Assembly (NCBI GenBank): GCA_964016885.1
Contig: OZ024741.1
Location: forward strand, 357,368,001 to 357,432,000
DNA length: 64,000 nt
Source of the DNA: Eledone cirrhosa
Lineage: Eukaryota
Direction: 5' to 3'
Positions 53,445-64,000 of the stretch are shown piece by piece (positions within the stretch are counted from its first letter, which is position 1; every line of letters starts with the position of its first letter). The position numbers and the translations under genes are program-made. Below the pieces are notes generated by a model. That model did no database searches and was not told the DNA's origin. It saw nothing but the letters and a program-made list of their open reading frames with translations.

Positions 53445-53446
<2 letters not shown>
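50708..53446 (+). mobile_element. Older related RTE LINE, multiply disrupted, head-to-head with 47473-50648
   Basis: STYAPQAGL...GDFNGH, FVDLEKAFDRV, LYADD, PHD-like finger, WYGHVMHM, (ATG)n tail; many stops, frameshifts and an internal deletion. Confidence 0.92.
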
Positions 53447-53492
<46 letters not shown>

Positions 53493-53734
53493 TACCTACA
53501 TACACATATCATATAAATATATATGTACGTGTATGTGTGTGTATGATAAACACATATTCTCTTTCTTCTATAAAGAAGTGGAGTAAAGTTATGTCTCGAA
53601 CCAAAATGATTGTATTTGTTGTGTTCATGCATCCCCTTTCATAACACCACTAAAACTTCATATATATATATATGTATATACATACACATACATACATACA
53701 TATATATTCAGGGCGTTTCTTTTCACACACCCTG

Positions 53735-53768
<34 letters not shown>

Positions 53769-56700
53769 GTGAGTGTGTGTATGTGTATATATATATATAT
53801 TTCAGTTTTACAAAATATTTTTCTTTCTAATGAAGGAACTGTCCCAACACCTCAGATTCCTCTTGGCATATGAAGCTATCCAATCTTAAGAACTCTTCTG
53901 AATATTTTTTGCTGATATAGTAGACCACCAATAATTTCTTTGACTCCATATTTGTTCAGTGTGTTATGTATGATGTTATTTAGTAGCCACAGAAGACAAA
54001 AAAGGAAAAAAATAATAATGAAAAAATATATCAAATTAACCCATTTCATACCAAACTATCTAAAACTACCCCTAGTTCAACAATACAAAACTGTTTTAAA
54101 ATGTTTATATATATCTAAATATCTTCTATCATAAGAACCTTTTTTAAAAAAAAAAATATGTATTCAGTATTAGCTTTAAATTTTGTAGGAAGTAAAGCAA
54201 GCGGGTGAGATTTCATGAAAGATAAGTTTAAAAGCAGACTTATGTATCACCCTTTCACCCCCACCCACCCTACTCACACACATACACACACACACGCATA
54301 CAGACACACGCAGGCGTGCACACACACACAAACACAGACACAGACACACATACACACTTTGGGTTTGACAGCAGATCCCATTTAAAGATTGAATCTTGAT
54401 AAAAAAAAAAAAAAATTACTCATACAGCCAAACTTAGAAAGCAGGATGGGAGGTAGAATAATATAACATCATTTTGCTTGTTTACTTCTTGTGATTCCTT
54501 AAACACATTACTAGGGTGTAAAATATTCAAAGTATTGATAGATCATAGGTGAGTACTGGCTGATATCAAGATTGTTGATTGTAACAAATTTTGGTGGGGA
54601 TATATTTTAACAGTGAATATTTTAATTTACTGGTGTATGAACAATGTTTTGTTTCAATATTATACTGTTCTACAGAATGTATCTATAGATTTTAAGCCAA
54701 CACTAAGCATCAGCATAAAATCCTGGGAACAGTTTTCTTAGAAAATGTCTCTATGGTGAACCTTCGATCATAAACACACAAAATTCTTGTAAGAGAAACC
54801 AAATGTCAGCTCTGTAAAATTCATTCAGCTGGCTCTTGAAAAGAAGCCACAAAACACATTTGCCTTATGTGTGGCCACTATTTCCATGCCAGAATCGAAC
54901 CCAGCAGCTATTTATGGAAATATAAACACTAACTAAATGCTAATTACATGCTTATATAGATGATTGGTTCTCCAATTCCCTCAAGAAATAATTGTTTCTA
55001 CTTTAAGCACAAGGCCAGCAATTTAAAGAGGAGGGGAAGTGCATTACTGGTGCTTTATTTTATCGACTCCATAAGGATGAAAGGCAAAGCTAACCTCGGC
55101 GGGATTTGAACACAGAACTTAGAGGGCCATAACTCTATGCTGTGAAGCATGGTGTCCGAAGCTCTATCCTATCGATACTGCCAATCCACCGCCCTCCCTC
55201 AAGAAATAATAATAATAATTATCACTATAAAGAAATAGTTATTAAAAAATCATGTCCAAGACCCTTATATAAAGTACCTATCAATGTCAATGCTTTGGAG
55301 GAAGCATAAGATCAAGTTCACTGGAGCTGGGGAAAACTCAGGAAAGAATGATAGTGAAGGGGATGGGTTAGAGTTTTCTCTCTTAAGAACTTTAGAGCTT
55401 TTTGAATTGGGAAAAAAAATGTTTTGACCATGAATGTTAAAAACTGCCCAGTATATTTTTTTAAAATCAGATGTATTAATAAATATTAAAATTGTCAATG
55501 CGATCAAGATAGAAATGTTTTCTTTTCAGTATCAAACAACAGGACAATATTCTGTTTTTTAGCAGTTCATGTTACCAGAGTTTCATGTATCACTTCTGTG
55601 TGTTGGCATAAATTTTCCAATCTTTCCAATAAGAATTTTAAATAGAACATAGTACAGTGAGTTGTCTATTCACCAATATTGGTATCTGCTTACAATTGCT
55701 GGTTAATATTGAGTTTCAGTAATATAATGTCTAGGTAGGTAGAGTTGTTTGTGAGTGTATCTATCAAAGCTATTTTTTTCCTGTCTCACTTCACTGTTTT
55801 TCTCTGTAGAAAATACACACACAGAACAGATTATATTTCCAAACCAAATTGACTAAGTTTTATTGATTTTTAATTAGATGATAACACTAGGTAGAACAAA
55901 TAAATAAAGATATTAAACAAATGTTTACATGAACAAGGAAAGGAGCTTATCAATCATCAACTTGGACCATGGAAACTATGTATAATGCTCTCAGTTCAAA
56001 TCATGTCAATGTCAACTTTGTTTTTCATCTTTTTGGAGTCAATAAAATAAGTCAAGTACTAAGGTAAACATGATGACATGCAGGTACACTCTGTAGTTAA
56101 TTCACCTGCAGAATTAGCTTGACCACTGTGACGACTATGACAGCTCATCTTCTTCATCGAGTTATCTCCTGAGTCAAGTGCAGGAAAGGCTGGGCACCTG
56201 ACATCTAGAATGCTACCAGGTACTCATGGTCCTTTACCAGCTGATGATGTAATCAACAACCAAAATATAGCACTTGCTTTCTATAGGTAATTAGTGGAAT
56301 GCCTGGATATCAACAAAGATAGTCTGTGCAGAACCTTTTGGAGGACTTTCCCGTTGGAGTTTATGGACAATTTCCAAAATTCCTTGGCCTGACAGTTCTA
56401 CAAGTGGGCTTTATCAATTTGAGACAAGCTTCACAGGCATGGAAATGCCAATATCCAAGCCTGTTCACATTGTGCAGGTTAATGAAACTCGCTGGTATCA
56501 CCCATTGTCTGTACATTGTAGACTTGTGAGCTTGTGTTGAACAACTGCTATCACATGAAGGAAAGATCTAGTTATCATCCAGGTCTATAGTGAAGATTGA
56601 ACTGCCACCTTCCTTTGGCAGGAAGGTGCTGTAGGTCTTCCCTGTCTGGTAGCTATGGTGAAAGAAACTAAAAGATTTGAGAAGAACATGAATTTTCTTC

Positions 56701-57052
56701 TCCAGCCAAACCCACATAAACTTTTTCAGGTACCACTAAAAGAAGAAGATGAGGTAGAAAGAGACATACAACCTTCTAGTGTATTTTATGAAAGATGGAT
56801 GAGAACAGCTAGATTTGACATGGCTAAAATGGTTTACTTTGACTATGCTTTTCTAAGTAAGAGGAAAGAAACCAAGAGCAGGCATTTTCAATGCCCATTA
56901 AGCAACAGAGTAATCCAAGGTTTTGTGTGAGAGTTTTCTTTGGAATTTCTCTAGTGGATCTCTTTGGAATTTCTCTAGGGGATCTTCTTCTATTAAGGAA
57001 CTGTTCTTCCTTGATGTTTATTATATTTACCGTATTGTTATTATTATTATTA

Positions 57053-58432
57053 GGGTTGGACGCCTTGCTTTGATGCATAGAGTTACGGCCCTTGCCATTC
57101 TGAGTTCAAATCCTGCCGAGTTTAACTTTGCCTTTCATCCTTACGGGGTCGATAAAATAAAGTACCAATAATGTACTGGGTAATTGCTGGCCTTGTGCCA
57201 ATAGTAGAAACAATTATTATTTATTGGTGGATTGGCAGTATCGGTAGAGGGTCAGACGCCATGCTTTGCAGCATAGTTACGTCCCTTTACGATCTGAGTT
57301 CAAATCCCGCCGAGGTTGACTTTGCCTTTCATCCTTACGGGGTCGATAAAATAAAGTACCAGTAATGCACTGGGTAATTGCTGGCCTTGTGCCTAAAGTA
57401 GAAACAATTATTGTTATTGTAATATATTTTCTGTTTGTTGATTCCCTCTTCCCTTTTCTTAATGTAAACTTCACTTCAAGTCAATGTTCATCCTTGTGTG
57501 GTCTCTATTTTTTGCTCTTGTGACCAATAAAAAAGGACATTATTTAGTGGATTTGCAGAATCATTAGAAAGTGTTGTTTGTTAATTTCTTTCTACTCGAT
57601 TTCAGTGTAAACCCCATTGTCCCTGTCTATTGTATTGTCCCCTCTTTTTGTTGGCCCTAATGGCAAACAAAAAGAAATAATTGTTTCTACTTTAGGCACA
57701 AGGCCAGCAATTACCCAGTGCATTACTGGTACTTTATTTTATCGACCCCGTAAGGATGAAAGGCAAAGTCAACCTCGGCGGGATTTGAACTCAGATCGTA
57801 AAGGGACGTAACTATGCTGGAAAGCATGGCGTCCGACCCTCTACCGATACTGCCAATCCACCAAGAAATAATAATAATAATTACTAGGGGGTTGGATTGG
57901 TAGTATCTGTAGAGTTCTGGACACCCTGCTTCATGGCACAGAGTTACGGCCCTTTACGTTCTGAGTTCAAATCCCACCAAGGTTAGCTTTGCCTTTCATC
58001 CTTACAGGGTCAATAAAATAAAGCACCAATCTCACACTGGTGTCGATTTAATTGACTTTTCCCTCCCTAAGAATTGTTGGCCTTGTGCCTATAGTAGAAA
58101 TCTTTATTAGTGTCAGACACCATGCTTTGCAGCATCCCACTGAGGTTAACTTTGCCTTTCATCCTTACGGGGGGGTGGGGTGGGGGTCAATAAAATAAAG
58201 CACCAGTAATGCACTGGGATAATTGCTGGCCTTGTGGCCAATAAATGAAACTATTATTATTAGCTTTGAGTCGGACGCCATGCTTTGACGCATAGAGTTG
58301 CTGCTCTTGCCATTCTGAGTTCAAATCCCGCCGAGGTTAACTTTGCCTTTCATCCTTACGGGGTCGATAAAATAAAGTACCAGTAATGCACTGGGTAATA
58401 GCTGGCCTTGTGCCAAAAGTAGAAACAATTAT
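57053..58432. mobile_element. Dense Meta-domain SINE cluster: plus copies at 57053-57412 and 57892-58432, minus copy at 57677-57864
   Basis: At least six full or partial copies. Confidence 0.88.
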
Positions 58433-58737
58433 TATTATTATTATTATTATCATTAATTACTGACTGACTGTCTCCACAGAAATGGCTGCTTACATGAGGT
58501 TTGTGAATAATAAACAAGACAAGACGTCAATAAATTCTGTTAAGTCCCATCAGCTGCCACTCAAACATTTATAGTTCTGAGATGTTTCAGTGGTGTTTTC
58601 CTTCCTTCCTGCATCTTAAATTAAGAATGGTGGATAACAAAACTAGCAAAACAAAACAACTGGAAAAATCACTGACAAACTTATCAGCTTCTTTTCAAAA
58701 TTTCTAATAACAAGAAAAAATCATACAAAATAAATAT

Positions 58738-59945
58738 GGCGACAACAACAACAATGATAACTGTAACAATGATGGTAATGACAAAAATAATAGCAATAGC
58801 AACAACAATAATGATGATGACAACAACAACAAAAGCAATGATATTCACAATACCAGTAACAACAAGAACAACAGCAATAACAACAATAACAACAACAACA
58901 ACAACAACAGCAATAGCAATGACAACAACAGTAACAACAACAACAACAATAACAGCAATGACAACAACAACAACAATAACAGCAATGACAACTACAGTAA
59001 CAATAACAACAATAACAGCAACGACAACAACAGTAACAACAACAACAACATAAACAGCAATAACAACAGCAATGACAACAACAGCTACAATAACAACAAT
59101 AACAGCAATGACAACAGCAATAACAACAGCAACAACAACAACAACAACAACAACGACAACAGCAACAACAACGACAACAACAACAACAACAACAACGACG
59201 ACAACAACAACAACAGCAACGACACCACCACCAACAACAACAACAACACCAACACCACCACCACCACCACCACCACCAACAACAACAACAACGACACCAA
59301 CAACAACAACAACGACGACGACAACAACAACAACAACGACGACGACAACAACAACAACAACAACGACGACGACAACAACAACAACAACAACAACGACACC
59401 AACAACAACAACGACAACAACGACAACAACAACAACGACAACAACAACAACAACGACAACAACGACAACAACGACAACAACAACAACGACAACAACAACA
59501 ACAACAACGGCGACGACGACAACAACAACAGCAACAACGACACCAACAACAACAACGACAACAACGACAACAACAACAGCAACAACAACGACACCAACAA
59601 CAACGACAACAACAACAACAACGGCGACGACAACAACAACAACAACAACAACAACGACGACGACGACGACAACGACAACAACAACAACAACGACAACAAC
59701 AACAGCAACAACGGCGACGACGACAACAACAACAGCAACAACGACAACAACAACAGCAACAACAACGACAACAACAACAACAACGGCGACGACGACGACA
59801 ACAACAACAACAACGGCGACGACGACGACAACAACAACAACAACAACGACACCAACAACAACGACAACAACAACAACAACGGCGACGACGACGACAACAA
59901 CAACAACAACAACAACAACGACGACGACACCAACAACAACAACAA
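58738..59945. repeat. 1.2-kb (ACA)n-based degenerate trinucleotide array
   Basis: Direct inspection; source of the poly-Thr, poly-Val and poly-Leu ORFs. Confidence 0.95.
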
Positions 59946-60101
59946 TGTTAACCTTGTTTTCAAAGGTAATTAGTTGAAAACAAATGTTCACGGAAATAAC
60001 TGAACAGCAATAAAAATATTGTGGCCAAAACAACAGACATTGTCATCACCATCATCATCATTGTTATCATTGTCATCATTGTCCCCATCATCACCATCAC
60101 C

Positions 60102-60133
<32 letters not shown>

Positions 60134-60158
60134 CATCACCATCATCATCACCACCATC

Positions 60159-60189
<31 letters not shown>

Positions 60190-60760
60190 ATGTTATGATC
60201 ATTGTCGTCATCCTCCTTATCATTATCAATGTCATCATCATCATCATCAACATTATCGTCATCACCATCACCATCACCATTATTAATGTTATCAACAGTG
60301 TCGTCATCATCATTATTATCATCCTCGGATTGGCAGTATCGGTGGAGGGTCGGACGCCATGCTTTCCAGCAGAGTTACGTCCCTTTACGATCTGAGTTCA
60401 AATCCCGCCGAGGTTAACTTTGCCTTTCATCCTTACGGGGTCGATAAAATAAAGTACCAGTAATGAACTGGGTAATTGCTGGCCTTGTGCCTAAAGTAGG
60501 AACAATTATTATCATCCTCATCATCATCATCATCGTTGTCAACACTCAGGAGACCAGCAGTAGAATGGGAACCATGAAAGCGATACTAGACATCAACAAG
60601 GAGTTCCAAGCTCTCCAGAAACTCAACCAACCTATTGTTGATGAGTCATTCAAAGACCTTGCTAACAACTGTTAGGAGACTAACAGGATAATATTTGGTT
60701 TGATCAGAAAACTCATCATCATTCTTAAAAATCAGGACAACATTAGATACATTCTAAACA

Positions 60761-60937
60761 AGGCTTAGCAAGACTTATGGAAGCAAGACAGATGGAAAAC
60801 AAGACTTAGCAAGACTTATGGAAACAAGACAGATGGAAAACAAGACTTAGCAAGACTTATGGAAACAAGACAGATGGAAAACAAGACTTAGCAAGACTTA
60901 TGGAAACAAGACAGATGGAAAACAAGACTTAGCAAGA
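60761..60937. repeat. 41-bp tandem repeat, about 4 copies
   Basis: Unit aagacttagcaagacttatggaaacaagacagatggaaaac. Confidence 0.9.
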
Positions 60938-61075
60938 CAAATATTAAATAACTTAGAGAGCAAAGAAGACATCTCAGGAACACACTGTTTCAAGACAACC
61001 TCAGGAATGTTGTTAGGACAGGATGATGTAGACTGATCAAGCTCAGAGATCACCTTAGCAACTAACTGTACATTC
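60905..61075 (-). mobile_element. CR1/Jockey-type LINE ORF2 fragment
   Basis: VAKVISELDQSTSSCPNNIPEVVLKQCVPEMSSLLSKLFNICLAKSCFPS matches the RT domain-0 region. Confidence 0.7.
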
Positions 61076-62514
61076 CATATTTTGGCATGATTTCTATGGC
61101 TGGATGCCCTTCCTAATGCCAACCACTTTACAGAGTGTACTGGGTGCATTTTATGATGACACCAGTATTACCGCTTTATAGATTGTACAATCTACTTTGT
61201 TTGTCTTTCATACAACTGTCAAAGTTCTTTTCATTATTGTATGTCAGGTGATGGATTAGCAGAGTTGTTAAAATGTCAGACAAATACTTAGCAGTACTTG
61301 TCTTTACTTTGTGTGTTCAAATCTCACCAAGGTTGATAAAATAAAGTACCAATCAAGTACTGGATTTGATATAATCAACTTTCCCTTCTCCCAAATTTGC
61401 TGGCCCTGTGCCAAAATTAGAATTATAGATCAAGTAAGAGTGGTAGTGGTGGTGGGGTGGGGTATTAGCAGAATCGGTAGAGCATCAAGCAAATGTTTTT
61501 TTGGTTATTTGTTCTGGCTCTTTAAGCTCCGAGTTCTAATACTGCCAAGGTCAACTTTCCCTTTCATCTTTTTGGGGGCAATAAAATAAAGTACTAGTCA
61601 AGTACTGGAGTCAATTTAATTGACTTTTCCCGCCCCCAGAATTCTGACCTTGGGCCTAAATTAGAAACCATTAATATATGTCAAGTAAATTGTCAAAAGA
61701 GGTTGGTAGATTGACAGAATCATTAGCACACAAGACATTTGCCCTGCAATATTTAGTTATGACCCTAAACATTCTAATTTCAAATTCTGCCAAGTTTAAC
61801 TTTGCCTTTCATCCTTCCGGGGTCAATAAAATATAGTGCCAGTCAAGTACTGAGGTTGATTTATTTTACTCCCCCACCCAACATCGAATTTCTTACCTTG
61901 ACCTAAATTAGAAAGAACTACTGTATGTAAAAACCAGTCGAGCTGCATTTTAAATTTTACATATGCTAATGTAACTGATTCCAACTATTTTTATTTTGCC
62001 TTGCTCACTGCCTTCCTTGCAAATCTAATTCAAATTAACTCACTTCCTTCCAATAGTTCCAGACACATTGTTTCTTTTTACTCAAATATTTTTAGACACA
62101 CAGTTCCTTCTCTCTGACAGTTCCAGACACAGTGTTTCATCCCCCTCCAATTTTTCTAGACACAATGTTCCATTCCTTTGCAACATTACCTGCATGTCAT
62201 AAAAGGTGTCTAAAAGAGTTGGTGTCTCAAACTGACCCCAATGTTGAGTATGAAGCCTGTCTTGGCTTGCAAGGAAAATAGGCCCCAATGTTGAGTATGA
62301 AGCCTGTCTTGGCTTGCAGGGAAAATAGGCCTTAAAGTATATGTTGTTGTAACAAAGTATAGTTTATCTTTGAAATAGAGAAAATCATTTTCCAAACTTT
62401 TGAATAATTTTTCTTTGAAAATATGTTTTTAATAATATAATGATATGCTAAAAATACCATGGGCGTCTCCTATATGGAACACAAAAGTAATAAAGGCAGT
62501 CACATGACAATCAT

Positions 62515-62825
62515 ACATTATCTGGGAAACTACAAAGACCTGCTAACCACCATAAAAATAAGAACAGTGTGATACTACAGTCCTGTGACATGATCTGATG
62601 GGTTGACCAAGACCATCCTCTAAGGAGCAGTTTAGAGGAAAAGAAGGCAAAGACATGCGAAGAAGAAATGCATGGATAACATCAAGGAATAGACCAGTAA
62701 ATATTTTGCAACAACCTAAGCACTGGCACAATTGATGGCTGGAAGGAAGTTGTACATTATCCACCCTGCAGCGACTCCATGACCCTGGAGAGTCAAGGAA
62801 AAAGTGAAATGAAGTGAAGTGAAGA
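62515..62825 (+). mobile_element. Old RTE LINE 3' end
   Basis: GNYKDLLTTIKIR...GLTKTIL*GAV*RKRRQRHAKKKCMDNIKE; (AAGTG)n tail. Confidence 0.65.
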
Positions 62826-63095
62826 ATATTTAATATAAAGTGTATCTTTTCATTAATTATTATTGAAATTCTTATAAGAATTGAACATGATTTAATGAAG
62901 GCATGGAAATTTATTTATAAACTTAGATTTAAAAATTTAAATTAAAAGAAAGAAAAAGAAATGGGAAGGGAATGAGATGGTGAGAAGGAAATGAGCTTAA
63001 TTTTACTCCATTGATTTCGTCTCATATTATTTGTACAGTGATCAAATATCATAATCTAATTAGTCCTAGCAATGATTGTTGTGTCCTGTTTCCTG

Positions 63096-64000
63096 CACAC
63101 ACACACACACCCACACACAATCACATACACACATCCATATACACACACATACGGAGTCACACAGTCACACACACAATCGCATACACACACACATACAGAG
63201 TTACACAGTCACACACACAATCACATACACACATTCATATACACACACATACAGATTCACACAGTCACACACACAATCACATACACACTTTCATATACAC
63301 ACACATACAGAGTCACGCAGTCACACACACAATCACATACACACTTTCATATACACACATATACAGAGTCACAGTCACACACACAATCACATACACACTT
63401 TCATATACACACACATACAGAGTCACACAGTCATACACACACAATCACATACACACATTCATATACACACACATACAGAGTCACACAGTCACACACACAA
63501 TCACATACGCACATTCATATATACACACACTCACACACTCATACTCACACACATATACTCTCACACACACTCTCTCTCACACATATACATACTCTCTCAC
63601 ACAAACAAACACATACATACACAGACATACACACACATACATATACACCAGCACTTACTCATATGCACTCACACAAGCATTGACACATTCACAGAGTCAG
63701 ATACACACTCACATACTCACACACCCACAAGTGCATATACACATGCACTTCCTTACATACATGTGCACATTTGCACATATATACATGCACATATACACAA
63801 ATATATGTACAAACACACAGTCACACACACACATATGCACATCCACATATATGCCCATGCACACATATTCACACGCTCACACAAATGCACATATACTTAC
63901 ACAAACACATGGCTACATATGCAAACTCACAAACACTCACATACACATGCGTATACTCACACATACACAGACATATATACATCTACATACACTCATGTAC
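63096..64000. repeat. (CA)n-derived array with a ~54-bp higher-order unit over 63110-63525
   Basis: cacacacaatcacatacacactttcatatacacacatacagagtcacacagt recurs about 7 times. Confidence 0.85.

Noticed and set aside
53709-53733. cagggcgt...cacaccctg as a minimal mariner relic
   Set aside because: Only 7-8 bp of TIR similarity, which cannot be distinguished from chance
56230-56620. Possible Gypsy integrase remnant (ESKCYILVVDYIISW, minus strand)
   Set aside because: Too decayed to support from one motif; no LTRs identified
58684-60033. 449-aa poly-Val, 301-aa poly-Thr (mucin-like) and 292-aa poly-Leu ORFs
   Set aside because: These are translations of an (ACA)n array, with an in-frame stop at ~59051 in the Thr frame and no non-repetitive coding flank
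60761-60937. CRISPR-like regular repeat
   Set aside because: Contiguous identical units with no unique spacers, eukaryotic context and no cas genes

Overview
AT-rich animal genomic DNA, almost entirely intronic or intergenic. The SINE, RTE and microsatellite landscape suggests an octopus or other coleoid cephalopod (inference). No host gene can be named, and most listed ORFs are microsatellite or antisense artefacts. Recognisable elements are RTE LINEs (one nearly intact, head-to-head with an older RTE), CRE, R4/Dong and CR1/Jockey LINE fragments, a full-length DD37D (maT) Tc1/mariner, hAT, piggyBac-like and Tc1/pogo MITEs, and many tRNA-derived Meta-domain SINEs. The most striking signal is non-coding. 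About a dozen short, sequence-diverse inserts sit between (TA)n microsatellites, and most carry intact, degenerate or half type I hammerhead ribozymes of the Penelope-like (PLE) pseudo-LTR kind. They cluster at about 3.5-4.8 kb, 12.2-13.5 kb and 46.0-46.7 kb. Five are fold-back hairpins whose inverted arm stops next to a shared ACTC...GAGTRCT 3' module. One related insert contains a Pol III tRNA-like gene and shows evidence of a tandem or circular template. All structures were read by eye, not computed.
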